NCBI GenBank assembly: GCA_963777315.1
Contig: CAVZQC010000001.1
Span: forward strand, 32,001 to 96,000
Length of the DNA: 64,000 nucleotides
Direction of reading: 5' to 3'
Origin: Vulcanimicrobiota bacterium
Lineage (GTDB): Bacteria; Vulcanimicrobiota; Vulcanimicrobiia; Vulcanimicrobiales; Vulcanimicrobiaceae
A model generated the notes under the pieces. That model did no database searches. It was not told where the DNA came from and saw only the letters and a program-made list of their open reading frames with translations. Numbering within the stretch: position 1 is the stretch's first letter; every line of letters starts with the position of its first letter. Made by a program: the position numbers and the translations under genes. Positions 30,551 through 40,928 of the stretch are shown here, piece after piece.

Positions 30551-30680
30551 CGAGCGGTCCCTGCGTGTCAGCCTAGTGGCACGAGAATACCGGCCGAGCA
30601 ACTGCGCACGCGGAATATCGCAAAAGGCCGGCTTCCGGCGTTTTCGTACGCGAAATCACCGGCTGAACACGATGAGCTCG
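30551..30680 (+). other. Rod-like nested inverted-repeat structure (candidate RNA or miniature element)
   Basis: Six nested helices spanning the intergenic region between the VPS10 gene and clpC. Confidence 0.4.
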
Positions 30681-30693
30681 CGCCCGAAGATGA

Positions 30694-33192
30694 TTAGCTG
30701 GCTGCGTGCTCCGGCTCGCGCTGCGCCGGCGGCTCGATCCCCGGGATTTTGCTAAAGCGCAGCTTGTCGGGATTGTCCGGATCGACTTCGGCCAGGATGC
30801 GGTCGCCGGCGCCGAACGTGCCGCGCAGCATTTCCTCGGCGAGCTCGTCCTCGACTTCGCGCTGAATCGCTCGGCGAAGCGGCCGTGCGCCGTACTGCGG
30901 ATCCCAGCCTTTTTTGGCCAGCAGCGCCTTGGCGTCTTCGGCCACTTCCAGGTGCATCTCTTGCGCCTTGACTTCGCGCATGACTTTTTCCAGTTCCAGT
31001 CCCACGATCTGTTCGATCTGCGGGCGCGTGAGTTGATGGAACACGACGATTTCGTCCAAGCGATTGACGAACTCGGGGCGGAAGGTGTGCTTGACCTCGT
31101 CCAGCACTTTGTTCTTCATGCGTTCGTACTGGCGGGCTTCGTCTTCGTCGGTGTTTTTCTGCGTGCGGAAGCCGATGTCGGTGGTCGTCGTGATTCCCGT
31201 CGCGCCCACGTTGGACGTCATGATGATCACGGTATTTTTGAAGTCGACCTGGCGGCCCTGAGAATCGGTCAGTCGTCCGTCGTCGAGAACCTGCAGCAGC
31301 AAATTGAAGACGTCCGGATGCGCCTTCTCGACTTCGTCCAACAGAATGACGGCGTACGGACGCCGGCGCACGGCTTCGGTAAGCTGGCCGCCTTCTTCGT
31401 AGCCCACGTATCCGGGAGGCGCGCCGACCAGCCGCGATACGGCATATTTTTCCATGTACTCCGACATGTCGATGCGGATCATCGAATCGGAATCGTCGAA
31501 CAGAAACTCGGCCACGCTGCGCGCCACTTCGGTCTTGCCCACGCCGGTTGGGCCCAGGAACATAAAGGACCCGATGGGGCGGTTGGGGTTCTTCAGGCCC
31601 GCGCGCGAACGTCGAATCGCGCGCACGATCACGTTGATGGCTTCATCCTGGCCGACGATGCGCTTATGCAGCGAGTCTGCCATGTTGAGCAGTTTTTCGG
31701 TTTCGGCCTGTGCGAGTCGGCTGACCGGTATCTTGGTCCACGACGAAACGATATAAGCGACGTCTTCTTCGGTGACCTTGATGATCTTGTCGCTTTGCGC
31801 GCGCTGTTCTTGCCACTCTTGTTCCAAGCGGCCCTTTTCCAGACGCACTTTCTCTTCTTTGTCGCGCAGCGCGGCGGCCTTGTCGAACTCCTGCGCTTTG
31901 ACGACGGCTTCTTTTTCGGTGATGATCCGGCGCAGCTGCGACTCGATCTCGCGAACTTCGCGCGGGGGAAGCGTTGCCTGCAGCCGCACGCGCGAGGCAG
32001 CTTCGTCGATCAGGTCCACGGCCTTGTCCGGCAGAAAGCGATCGGTAATGTAGCGGTCGCCGAGTTTTGCGGCGGCCGCCAGGGCGTCGTCGGTGATTTG
32101 CACTTTGTGGTGCGCTTCATAGCGGTCGCGCAGGCCCTTGAGGATCTCGATCGTTTCTTCGACGGTCGGCTCGCCCACCAATACGGGCTGAAACCGGCGT
32201 TCCAGCGCGGAATCCTTTTCGATGTGCTTGCGAAACTCGTTGAGCGTCGTCGCGCCGATGCACTGCAGCTCGCCCCGCGCGAGCGCCGGCTTGATGATGT
32301 TGCTGGCGTCGATGGCGCCTTCGGCGGCGCCCGCGCCGACCAACGTGTGCAGCTCGTCGATGAACAGGATGATCTCACCGGCGGCCCCGCGGATTTCGTC
32401 CATGACGCGCTTCATGCGCTCCTCGAACTCACCGCGATATTTCGTGCCGGCAACCAATCCGGCCAAATCCAGCGTGATGACGCGCCGGTCGCGCAGCGGC
32501 TCCGGTATGTCGCCCTTGATTACGCGCTGCGCGAGCCCTTCGGCAATCGCCGTTTTTCCGACGCCCGGTTCACCGATGAGAGCCGGATTGTTTTTGGTGC
32601 GCCGCGAGAGGATTTGAATGACGCGTTCGATTTCACCGCTGCGGCCGATAACGGGATCGAGTTTGTTTTCACGCGCGAGTTGCGTGAGATCGCGGCCGTA
32701 CGCGTCGAGCGTGGGCGTCTTGCTCTTGCCCTTGGGTGCGGGCGGCTGGCCTTCGGCGCCCAGCAGCGAAGTGGTCTGCACGCGCACCTTGGCGGGATCG
32801 ACGCCCAAGTTCGTGAGGACGCGCGCGGCAACGCCTTCGCCTTCACGAATGAGACCGAGCAGCAAATGTTCGGTACCGATGTAATTGTGATTGAGCTGAC
32901 GCGCCTCTTCGAAGGCCAGTTCGATGACGCGCTTGGCGCGTGGAGTGAAGACCATTTCTTGCTGAACGGTCTGGCCGCCGCGCCCGACGATTGCCTCGAC
33001 TTCTTGGCGCACCTTTGCCAAATTGACGCCCAGCGTCTCGAGCACTTTGGCCGCCAGGCTTTCGCCTTCGGAAATGATGCCGAGCAGAATGTGCTCGGTC
33101 CCGATGTAGTTGTTACCGAGCCGCTGCGCCTCTTCTTGGGCGAGAACGATGCTTCGCCGTGCTCTTTCGGTGAACGGTTCCCACATTGACAT
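30694..33192 (-). CDS. clpC: ATP-dependent Clp protease ATP-binding subunit ClpC
   Basis: Two Clp-N repeats, GEPGVGKT and GPTGVGKT Walker A motifs, short UVR-type middle domain, IGF loop, GARPLRR. Confidence 0.96.
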   Translation of the reverse strand: MSMWEPFTERARRSIVLAQEEAQRLGNNYIGTEHILLGIISEGESLAAKVLETLGVNLAKVRQEVEAIVGRGGQTVQQEMVFTPRAKRVIELAFEEARQLNHNYIGTEHLLLGLIREGEGVAARVLTNLGVDPAKVRVQTTSLLGAEGQPPAPKGKSKTPTLDAYGRDLTQLARENKLDPVIGRSGEIERVIQILSRRTKNNPALIGEPGVGKTAIAEGLAQRVIKGDIPEPLRDRRVITLDLAGLVAGTKYRGEFEERMKRVMDEIRGAAGEIILFIDELHTLVGAGAAEGAIDASNIIKPALARGELQCIGATTLNEFRKHIEKDSALERRFQPVLVGEPTVEETIEILKGLRDRYEAHHKVQITDDALAAAAKLGDRYITDRFLPDKAVDLIDEAASRVRLQATLPPREVREIESQLRRIITEKEAVVKAQEFDKAAALRDKEEKVRLEKGRLEQEWQEQRAQSDKIIKVTEEDVAYIVSSWTKIPVSRLAQAETEKLLNMADSLHKRIVGQDEAINVIVRAIRRSRAGLKNPNRPIGSFMFLGPTGVGKTEVARSVAEFLFDDSDSMIRIDMSEYMEKYAVSRLVGAPPGYVGYEEGGQLTEAVRRRPYAVILLDEVEKAHPDVFNLLLQVLDDGRLTDSQGRQVDFKNTVIIMTSNVGATGITTTTDIGFRTQKNTDEDEARQYERMKNKVLDEVKHTFRPEFVNRLDEIVVFHQLTRPQIEQIVGLELEKVMREVKAQEMHLEVAEDAKALLAKKGWDPQYGARPLRRAIQREVEDELAEEMLRGTFGAGDRILAEVDPDNPDKLRFSKIPGIEPPAQREPEHAAS

Positions 33193-33334
33193 GGTGCGGC
33201 TTTATAACTCCTTCGTTCCGTGCGCTGCTCGTCGCGTCATACTACACTACCGGTCTATACCCGATTCCGTTGCACGCTTGCCTACGAAAACCCGGTTCTT
33301 AGGTAATCGGTTACGAGCGCGCATTACTGACAGG

Positions 33335-33790
33335 CTAAAAGCTGAATCGCACGCCGATGAAGCCGGCGGTCGCTCCTGCCGCCTGGGTTTGCTTGTAAAG
33401 ACGCAGCTCTATCGAAGTGAACGGCGCCAGCGATTTTCCGGCGAACACCGTGAATACGGTTCCGGACGAGCGGTTGCTCGAAAGCGTGCCGATGCCCGCA
33501 CCGGCCCCCACGAAGGCGCCGCCGTATCCGCCGCCCGTAAAGCCGCGGATTTCGGCCGTTGCCGCGTAGCCGCCCGCGCCCGTCAGCGGTACGAGGAGCG
33601 AACCCTGCACTTCCAGGGGTACGGCCGGTATCGACGCCCCGGAGCTGACGATGGCGGCGGCGCCCCCCGTAGCCGGCGCGCTTTGGGTAAAGCCGCCGCC
33701 CGCAACCGAAACCGCAGCTCGAGTACTCAGCGGGCAGACTGCGACACCCAGGGCCGCTGTCGCGATTAGAGCCGAAACGGCACGCCTCAT
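33335..33790 (-). CDS. Small secreted protein, probable outer-membrane beta-barrel
   Basis: Signal peptide, Gly-rich amphipathic strands, C-terminal FIGVRFSF. Confidence 0.65.
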   Translation of the reverse strand: MRRAVSALIATAALGVAVCPLSTRAAVSVAGGGFTQSAPATGGAAAIVSSGASIPAVPLEVQGSLLVPLTGAGGYAATAEIRGFTGGGYGGAFVGAGAGIGTLSSNRSSGTVFTVFAGKSLAPFTSIELRLYKQTQAAGATAGFIGVRFSF

Positions 33791-33901
33791 GAGCAGGCTG
33801 TTCGCATACCGCGCCCGAGCGCCTTGCGCGCACCCGCGCCCCGGAATCCAAATCGCGCATCGCACGCGGGTGCGCAACGGCCGGGCGTGAATACCTGCAG
33901 C

Positions 33902-34213
33902 ATGCCGACCGTAGAACAAGTGCGCGAATCGCTTGCCGCCGTAAACGACCCCGAGCTCAACATTCCGATTTTAGATCTCGGCTTAGTGTACGACATCAGC
34001 GTGGAGGGCGAGAACGGCGAACACGTGACCGTAACGATGACGCTTACCTCGCCGATGTGTCCGGTGGGACCGCTCTTCAAACAATCCGTGGAAGACAATG
34101 TCAAGGCGATCGAAGGCGTAAAAACCGTCAAAGTGGATCTCACCTTTACGCCGGCATGGGACCCGCGCGAGATGGCCACCGAAGACGTCAAGGTACTGCT
34201 CGGCATTTGGTGA
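33902..34213 (+). CDS. DUF59 / SufT-PaaD-like Fe-S cluster assembly protein
   Basis: DPELNIPILDLGLVY, MTLTSPMCP, PAW. Confidence 0.92.
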   Translation: MPTVEQVRESLAAVNDPELNIPILDLGLVYDISVEGENGEHVTVTMTLTSPMCPVGPLFKQSVEDNVKAIEGVKTVKVDLTFTPAWDPREMATEDVKVLLGIW

Positions 34214-35709
34214 CGCGCCGGCTTGCGGCGCTTGCGATCGTTGCAATCCTGAGCGCCTGCAGCGCAAACGGCTCCGGAACGCCGCCGCTGCGATCCACGC
34301 CGACGCCTGCTCCGCCCCAAGTGCCACCATGGGCCGGCAACGTGCAGCGGATCAGCTCCGACCCGTTCACCAACGGGTCCAGCCAGCACGCAACCGAAGT
34401 CGAACCCAGTGCTGCGGCATTCGGCGCTACGGTAGTCACGGCGTTTCAAACGGGACGTTTTTTCGCAGCAGGAGCGTCCGACATCGGTGTGGCGACGTCG
34501 CTCGACGGCGGTGCGACATGGATACGCGGCGTTCTGGGAGGAACGACCACCTACGCATTGCCTTCGGGCCCGTACGACGGCATCACCGATCCCGCCGTTG
34601 CGTATGATGCGCGGCATGCAACGTGGCTGATTTCCGCGCTGCCGGTGCTGTCGAGCAACGCTCCGGTGCCCGCAGCGGTCGTCGCGCGATCCTCCGACGG
34701 CGTGACGTGGAGCAGCCCGGCGGCAATCACACCCGCCGACGAAACGATGAACGACAAAGACTGGATCGCGTGCGACGACCACGGCGCAAGCGATTTTTTC
34801 GGCAACTGCTACGTCGAGTGGGACAATTACGCCGGCCAAGGCGAGATTCTGATGAGCACCTCGACGGACGGAGGCCGTACTTGGAGCCGTCCCGCAACGC
34901 CGTCCAGGACGGTCGGCGGCATCGGCGGACAACCGCTCGTGCAGCCCGGCGGCACGGTGATCGTGCCCATCGACGATATCAATGCGCAGAAAGTACTGGC
35001 GTTCCGATCGGCCGACGGCGGTCAAACCTGGAGCGAGCCGATCGCCGTATCGGCAATCGCCGACCATGCTCAAGCCGCGAATCTTCGCAGCCTGCCGTTG
35101 GTTACGGCTGCCGCCGATGCAGCGGGCACGGTGTACGTCGTGTGGCAGGACTGCCGCTTTCGCGCCGGATGCGCCGCCGACGATCTCGTACTGTCGACGT
35201 CGGCGGACGGCCGGTCGTGGAGTGCGCCGGCACGCATTCCGATCGACGCCGTTACGTCCCAGGTCGATCATTTCATTCCCGGGCTCGGTATCGATCCCGC
35301 AACCGCGGGTTCCGGCGCGCACCTGGGCGTAACGTATTATTCGTACGCAAACACCGCCTGCGCTCCGTCGACGTGCCTGCTTTCGGCCGACTTCATCGCT
35401 TCAACCGACGGCGGCATTTCATGGGGCGCACCGCAGCTGCTGGCCGGTCCCATGAACGTTCAGTGGCTCGCGCAAACGCTGGACGGCGCAATGGTCGGCG
35501 ACTATATGGCGACGGCCTTTGACGGTTCTCGTCCGGTGAGCTTCGCGGCAATTGCGAATCCGTTCTCCGGCGGCAGATTTGACGAAGGACTCTACGCATC
35601 CAAGCCCGGCGTCATTACGGAGCAGTCCGCGTTGCGCCGCACGTCGATCGGCGAACGCCCCGTACCGGGCTTTCACTCCGATCATCCGCCGCGCCGAATT
35701 CACCCGTAG
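34210..35709 (+). CDS. Sialidase-like BNR-repeat lipoprotein
   Basis: Lipobox ILSAC, multiple SxDGGxTW boxes, DKDW, MVGDY; GTGA overlap. Confidence 0.8.
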   Translation: MTRRLAALAIVAILSACSANGSGTPPLRSTPTPAPPQVPPWAGNVQRISSDPFTNGSSQHATEVEPSAAAFGATVVTAFQTGRFFAAGASDIGVATSLDGGATWIRGVLGGTTTYALPSGPYDGITDPAVAYDARHATWLISALPVLSSNAPVPAAVVARSSDGVTWSSPAAITPADETMNDKDWIACDDHGASDFFGNCYVEWDNYAGQGEILMSTSTDGGRTWSRPATPSRTVGGIGGQPLVQPGGTVIVPIDDINAQKVLAFRSADGGQTWSEPIAVSAIADHAQAANLRSLPLVTAAADAAGTVYVVWQDCRFRAGCAADDLVLSTSADGRSWSAPARIPIDAVTSQVDHFIPGLGIDPATAGSGAHLGVTYYSYANTACAPSTCLLSADFIASTDGGISWGAPQLLAGPMNVQWLAQTLDGAMVGDYMATAFDGSRPVSFAAIANPFSGGRFDEGLYASKPGVITEQSALRRTSIGERPVPGFHSDHPPRRIHP

Positions 35710-35714
35710 ACCTC

Positions 35715-37142
35715 TTACTGCCGAATGAAGCGCAGATTCAAACCCGCCTGCCGGCCCATGTTGCCCACGCCGCCGAACGGAACCAGCGCGCCGACTTCGA
35801 TCCCGCTGCCGTTTTTGCGTCTAACGCGTACGTCGAAGGCGGCGCTGTATTGCGGACGGCCGAAGCCCGCAGCCTGCCCGTAATCGTGGGCGTATGCGAT
35901 CGAGGTAACCAGGTTGAACGCTTGGCTCGCGCGCCACGTCGCACCCCAGGTATACGTGCGATACGTCGACGGAAACGGCGGTGCGTCGTGCGAGAAGCCG
36001 GCGCCTGCGGTAAAGAGCAGTTTTGCCGTCACGGGGAAATTGCCCCACAGCGAAGCGTCGCTGGAAAGCGTCGCTCGCCCGTAGCTGTACAGCGACTCGC
36101 CCAAATCGCATGAACCGGTAATCGACGAAGCACCGATCCGCAGTGCGGCCGTGTCGACGTGCATTCCGGGCGTAAGCCGAAAGTCTTGGACGACGTTCCA
36201 ATCGCCGGGATGGATATCGTGTCCCAGATCGATCTGCAGCCGCAGCGATGCGGCGCGGCCCATCGCGCGCTGATTGCCCGAGAACAGCAAGTCGTCGCTG
36301 CGCGAGGCGTTGTACTGCGAGAACGAAAGCGACGAGTATCCGCGCCGGCCGCTGGAGGTCAAAGCGTAACGCGCCGCGTGCGCGCCGGGCAAATACGAGC
36401 CGGTCAGAGATTGCGAAAGATTTGCATTGAGCCGCTCGTACGCGGCCAAATCGTAGCGGCTTGCGTCCGCATCGAGCGTTTGCCCCAGCACAACGTATCC
36501 GCGATCGGTTCGAGCGTAGTGCTCTTCCAGCCCGGCTCCGGGACCTGCGTTGTAGCGATCGTAGCGCAGGCGGGCGAACTCGTACGCGTTGCGCGAGCTG
36601 CCGATCAGCACGGGCCATTCCAGCGCCGCCGACGGAACCGGCGAATAGCCGAAGTCTTTGGCGTTGGGCGCGGGGATGTAATACGTGTACGATGCGACCG
36701 GTGTGAGCGTGGAACCCGCCAGTACCTGCGCGTTGGTGAACGTAATGGTGGACGTCGGACGCAGTTCGACCTGCTGTCCCAGCGCCGTTGCATCGGACGT
36801 CGAGAGTTCCGGAACGATCGCGCCTGCGACGACGGCGCCGCGCTTGGCCGTGAAGTCGTAAACGTATCCGGTCGCGTTCAGCTGCCCGGAACCGGCGGAA
36901 ACCGTAACGTCCCCGGCTGCGAGCAAACGATTCGTGCGCAGTTCGTATTGCACGCGCGTCGCGGCGATCTGCATCGATTCCCACCGCACCGAAACGCCGC
37001 CGCTTGCGACGAGCAGGCTGCGATCGGAATGCAGCGCAATCTGCTGGGCGGTAATGACGACCGACGCAGGGAGCTGCGCAGCGCAAGCCGGTGCCGCCGG
37101 GATGACGGCGATCGCCAGAAACGCAGCAGCCGTCCGGATCAT
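35715..37142 (-). CDS. Exported protein with OstA/LptD-like N-terminus and probable beta-barrel
   Basis: Signal peptide; [10 protein letters not shown]...[10 protein letters not shown]...AAGDV jellyroll pattern; aromatic beta-rich remainder. Confidence 0.55.
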   Translation of the reverse strand: MIRTAAAFLAIAVIPAAPACAAQLPASVVITAQQIALHSDRSLLVASGGVSVRWESMQIAATRVQYELRTNRLLAAGDVTVSAGSGQLNATGYVYDFTAKRGAVVAGAIVPELSTSDATALGQQVELRPTSTITFTNAQVLAGSTLTPVASYTYYIPAPNAKDFGYSPVPSAALEWPVLIGSSRNAYEFARLRYDRYNAGPGAGLEEHYARTDRGYVVLGQTLDADASRYDLAAYERLNANLSQSLTGSYLPGAHAARYALTSSGRRGYSSLSFSQYNASRSDDLLFSGNQRAMGRAASLRLQIDLGHDIHPGDWNVVQDFRLTPGMHVDTAALRIGASSITGSCDLGESLYSYGRATLSSDASLWGNFPVTAKLLFTAGAGFSHDAPPFPSTYRTYTWGATWRASQAFNLVTSIAYAHDYGQAAGFGRPQYSAAFDVRVRRKNGSGIEVGALVPFGGVGNMGRQAGLNLRFIRQ

Positions 37143-37198
37143 GCCGGCGCATTCGCCTCGCGCGGAACAATCTCCGTCGGTGCAGAAGCGGACCTGCG

Positions 37199-38752
37199 AT
37201 GAAAACGCACCAAGAACGGTACGCCGAGCTGCTGCGCCGACGGGAATCCGCGCAAGCCCCCGCAGGGGCGGCTTCGATTGACAAGCAGCATCAGCGCGGT
37301 AAGCGCACCGCGCGCGAGCGGCTCGACGCCTTGGTCGATCCCGGCTCGTTCATCGAGCTGGACCAATTTGCCGTGCATCGCGGCGGCGCGTTCGGCTTGG
37401 CCGACAAAGAGTTTCTGGGCGACGGCGTCGTGACGGGTCGCGCGAGTATCGACGGCCGCCAAGTGTTCCTCTTTTCACAGGACTTTACCGTTTTGGGCGG
37501 CTCGCTCGGTGAAGTGTTCGCCGAAAAGATCTGCAAGGTGATGGACCTTGCCGTTCGAACCGGCTCGCCGATGATCGGCATCAACGACTCGGGCGGCGCG
37601 CGCATTCAGGAGGGCGTGGTCAGTCTGGGCGGCTATGCCGAAATTTTTTGGCGCAACGTTCAGGCCAGCGGCGTCATCCCGCAAATCAGCTTGATTGCCG
37701 GACCATGCGCGGGGGGCGCGGTGTATTCACCGGCGATCACCGATTTCATCGTCATGACGGAAAACATCGCGCAGATGTTCATTACCGGCCCGGAGATCAT
37801 CAAGACCGTCACCGGCGAGGACGTCACGTTCGAACAGCTCGGAGGCGCCGCGACGCATGCGACCAAGAGCGGCGTGGCGCACCTGACCGCCGCCGACGAA
37901 GACGAAATGGCCGACATGGCCAAGGTTCTGCTCTCGTTCATTCCTCAAAACAACCTGGACGATCCCCCACGTTATGCGTGCGACGACGACCCGCAGCGGT
38001 TGATTCCCGAGCTCGACGAGATCGTGCCGGATTCGCCGAACAAACCGTACGACATGCACGAAGTCATCGTGCCCGTGGTCGACAACGGCGATTTTTTCGA
38101 AATCCAGCCGCTGTACGCCCAAAACATCATTACGGGCTTTGGGCGGGTGAACGGACGCAGCGTGGGAATCGTCGCTAATCAGCCGACGGTGCTCGCGGGG
38201 GTTCTCGACATAAAAAGCTCGATCAAAGCTGCGCGCTTCGTACGGTTTTGCGATGCGTTCAACATTCCGCTGATCACTTTCGTCGACGTTCCCGGCTTTT
38301 TGCCCGGCACCGATCAGGAATATGGCGGCATCATAACGCATGGAGCCAAACTGCTGTACGCGTTCGCCGAAGCCACGGTGCCGAAAATCACGGTCATCAC
38401 GCGAAAAGCATACGGCGGTGCGTACGACGTCATGGCCAGCAAACACATCCGCGCCGACGTAAACGTCGCCTGGCCCACGGCCGAAATCGCCGTCATGGGA
38501 GCAGAAGGCGCCGTCAAAACGATATTCCGGCGGGAAATCGCTTCGGCGCAAGACAAGAGCGCCAAAACCCAGGAGCTCATCGACATGTATACCGACCGCT
38601 TCGCCAACCCGTTCATTGCGGCTCAGCGCGGCTATATCGACGACATCGTCGAAGCGCGCATGACGCGACGCGTCGTCGCTAAGTCGCTCGACATGCTCGA
38701 CACCAAACGCGTCGAGCGCCCCAAGCGCAAACACGGAAATATTCCGCTATGA
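37199..38752 (+). CDS. pccB: Acyl-CoA (propionyl-CoA) carboxylase carboxyltransferase subunit
   Basis: [57 protein letters not shown]. Confidence 0.92.
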   Translation: MKTHQERYAELLRRRESAQAPAGAASIDKQHQRGKRTARERLDALVDPGSFIELDQFAVHRGGAFGLADKEFLGDGVVTGRASIDGRQVFLFSQDFTVLGGSLGEVFAEKICKVMDLAVRTGSPMIGINDSGGARIQEGVVSLGGYAEIFWRNVQASGVIPQISLIAGPCAGGAVYSPAITDFIVMTENIAQMFITGPEIIKTVTGEDVTFEQLGGAATHATKSGVAHLTAADEDEMADMAKVLLSFIPQNNLDDPPRYACDDDPQRLIPELDEIVPDSPNKPYDMHEVIVPVVDNGDFFEIQPLYAQNIITGFGRVNGRSVGIVANQPTVLAGVLDIKSSIKAARFVRFCDAFNIPLITFVDVPGFLPGTDQEYGGIITHGAKLLYAFAEATVPKITVITRKAYGGAYDVMASKHIRADVNVAWPTAEIAVMGAEGAVKTIFRREIASAQDKSAKTQELIDMYTDRFANPFIAAQRGYIDDIVEARMTRRVVAKSLDMLDTKRVERPKRKHGNIPL

Positions 38753-39438
38753 CTTCGCGTAAAGGATTCATCGCCGCCGGCTCGCTATTTGCGCTGACCG
38801 GCGCGCTTGCCGATGCCGCTTCGCCCATTGCGCATACAGCATCCGCGGCCGCGCACCCGGCGCTGCGGTTTTCGTTCGACCGCGCGCGGTTCGACGCGAT
38901 TCTGGCCAAACCGGCTCGGCACAAACAATGCTTCGGCGCCACCAAGATCGCCGCCGGCGACGTGCTCGAAGGTATGAACAATTCGATACGCGCCTACCGG
39001 GAATATATGGACGAAGGCCCGGGCTCTCTGCAGCCGGTCGCAGTCCTATATCACGGAGCGGCCATTGCGATGGGTTTGAGCGATACGGTATGGAACCGGC
39101 TGCTCATTCCCTCGCTGCCCAAGGCTCCGTCGCAGATCCGCGCGCAGTTCGGCGCGGTCAAAGCCGGCGCCGGCAACCCCTATTTACGATCCGCCGGTTC
39201 CGATCCCGACGACGTGAGCGTCGAACGGCTGGTCGGCAAGGGCGCTGCGTTCTTCATCTGCCATAACGCGCTCGTCGGTTTCAGCGACCTGGTCGCGTCG
39301 GCGCTGCGAATCCCGCTAGCCGCGGTTCACGCGCAACTACTCCAGGGGGTGGTTCCCGGGGCGCTGGCCGTACCCGCGGGCGTGATGGCGATCAATGCCT
39401 GTCAAGAAGCAAAATTTACGTACATTCAGTCTTCGTAG
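38749..39438 (+). CDS. Tat-like exported DsrE-like protein
   Basis: SRKGFI signal motif; [18 protein letters not shown]. Confidence 0.6.
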   Translation: MTSRKGFIAAGSLFALTGALADAASPIAHTASAAAHPALRFSFDRARFDAILAKPARHKQCFGATKIAAGDVLEGMNNSIRAYREYMDEGPGSLQPVAVLYHGAAIAMGLSDTVWNRLLIPSLPKAPSQIRAQFGAVKAGAGNPYLRSAGSDPDDVSVERLVGKGAAFFICHNALVGFSDLVASALRIPLAAVHAQLLQGVVPGALAVPAGVMAINACQEAKFTYIQSS

Positions 39439-39661
39439 TATCGTCCCCGACGATGATGTAGCGTTCCACGAACTCGGACGGGTCGCTTACGAGCAGATCG
39501 AACTGCTCGGAGCATATGACTTGAGACTCGCGCCAATCCGCGCTCTCATACCGCGCCCGCAGTTCCGCATCCGCACAGATGCGGCCGAATAAATCGTTGT
39601 TGAGTTTGACCCAGTTGACTTTGAACCCATGCTCGTCGTGGGTGGGTGTGTCGCCGCGCAT
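39416..39661 (-). CDS. Small hypothetical protein
   Basis: AAGGAGG upstream of ATG 39661; protein-like composition. Confidence 0.6.
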   Translation of the reverse strand: MRGDTPTHDEHGFKVNWVKLNNDLFGRICADAELRARYESADWRESQVICSEQFDLLVSDPSEFVERYIIVGDDTTKTECT

Positions 39662-39741
39662 CGCTGCTTCCTCCTTGACCGACATGCTCAGTATCGGCCG
39701 CGAGCAGCGCGGGTTTTATCTCCGGCGGGTACACGGTACGC

Positions 39742-39927
39742 ATGAACAACGTCCGGTGCATAAACTTAGCGTGTGCCTGCCAAGTCGACAAAACAGCCGA
39801 TGCCTGCAGCCCCTACTGCCAAAAGCCTCCGGCCGAGCCTCGTGAGGACGTGTGCGGCTGCGGCCATCCGGCCTGCGAGCGCGAAATGCGCGAAGAGATC
39901 CGCTCGTCCGCAGCCTTCCCGCCCTAA
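39742..39927 (+). CDS. Bacterial metallothionein-like protein
   Basis: 61 aa with C-x4-C-x-C...C-x3-C...C-x-C-G-H-x2-C. Confidence 0.8.
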   Translation: MNNVRCINLACACQVDKTADACSPYCQKPPAEPREDVCGCGHPACEREMREEIRSSAAFPP

Positions 39928-39981
39928 CGGGCCGCCCGCTCGGCGAGAGGACGAGGGCGCCAATCTTGGTATGTAGGCCGA

Positions 39982-40761
39982 GTGGGGCTCTTAGAAGGAA
40001 AGACGGCGCTGGTCACCGGCGTTGCCAACCAGTGGTCTATTGCTACCGGCATTGCCCGGCAAATGCACGAGCACGGCGCGCAAATCGGCTTTACCTTCCA
40101 AGGAGACCGCGTCAAGGATCAGGTCGAGAAAATCGCCGCCGAGCTTGGCAGCGGTCCCGTCATCGAATGTGACGTTTCTTCGGACTCTTCGCTTGGCGCC
40201 ATGGCCGATCGCCTGGAAGAAGCGCTGGGCAGCATCGACGTTTTGGTGCACTCGATCGCCTTTGCCAATAAAGACGATCTGGCCGGTAAAGTGTACGACA
40301 CGACGCGAGCCGGCTTTGGTCTTTCCTTGGACGTTTCGGCCTACTCGCTGATCGCGCTGGTCAATGCGCTTGCGGACCGCATCAACGACGGCGGCTCGGT
40401 CATGGCCCTGACGTATCTAGGCGCAACGTCAATCGTGCCCAACTATAACCTCATGGGCATTGCCAAGGCGGCACTCGAAGCGTCGGTGCGCTATCTCGCG
40501 TTCGATTTGGGCGAGCGCGGAATTCGCGTGAACGCAATCTCCGCCGGTCCGATAAAGACGGCCAGCGCGCGCCAAGTCGCCGGGCTTTCCAAAATGCTCG
40601 ACGTCGTTGCGGCAACCGCGCCGCTCCGGCGCAACGTTACGACCGACGACGTTGGAAAGACCGCGGTCTATTTGGCGTCGGATCTTTCGCGCGCCGTTAC
40701 CGCGGACGTGCATTTCGTCGACGGCGGCTTTCACGCTATGGGGATGTACCCGCCTTCGTGA
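39982..40761 (+). CDS. fabI: Enoyl-ACP reductase
   Basis: GVANQWSIATGIA, HSIAFA, YNLMGIAKAALE, NAISAGPIKT. Confidence 0.95.
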   Translation: MGLLEGKTALVTGVANQWSIATGIARQMHEHGAQIGFTFQGDRVKDQVEKIAAELGSGPVIECDVSSDSSLGAMADRLEEALGSIDVLVHSIAFANKDDLAGKVYDTTRAGFGLSLDVSAYSLIALVNALADRINDGGSVMALTYLGATSIVPNYNLMGIAKAALEASVRYLAFDLGERGIRVNAISAGPIKTASARQVAGLSKMLDVVAATAPLRRNVTTDDVGKTAVYLASDLSRAVTADVHFVDGGFHAMGMYPPS

Positions 40762-40928
40762 CCGCAGAGGAACTTGCGGCGATCGCTGCAGCTCTCAATG
40801 CAACCGTTTCGGCATCGCGTTCGGCGCGAGCCGAGCCGGGAAAGGCATCCGCGTGGAAAACAGCGGCGCGGGAAGAGGCGTGCGCGCCGTTTGAAGGCAG
40901 GCAGGCCGATTGTTCGACAAGATCCTGA
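40758..40928 (+). CDS. Probable acyl-CoA carboxylase epsilon-like subunit (56 aa, not in ORF track)
   Basis: MTAEELAAIAAAL...SAWKTAAREEA; GTGA overlap with fabI; overlaps the biotin carboxylase start. Confidence 0.7.
   Translation: MTAEELAAIAAALNATVSASRSARAEPGKASAWKTAAREEACAPFEGRQADCSTRS

Noticed and set aside
30706..33189. 827-aa ORF antisense to clpC
   Set aside because: It mirrors clpC codon for codon and has no motifs; a typical shadow ORF in GC-rich DNA.
27592..35709. Recurring GACGGCGG-type short repeats
   Set aside because: They encode Asp-box (SxDGGxTW) protein repeats with irregular spacing; not CRISPR.
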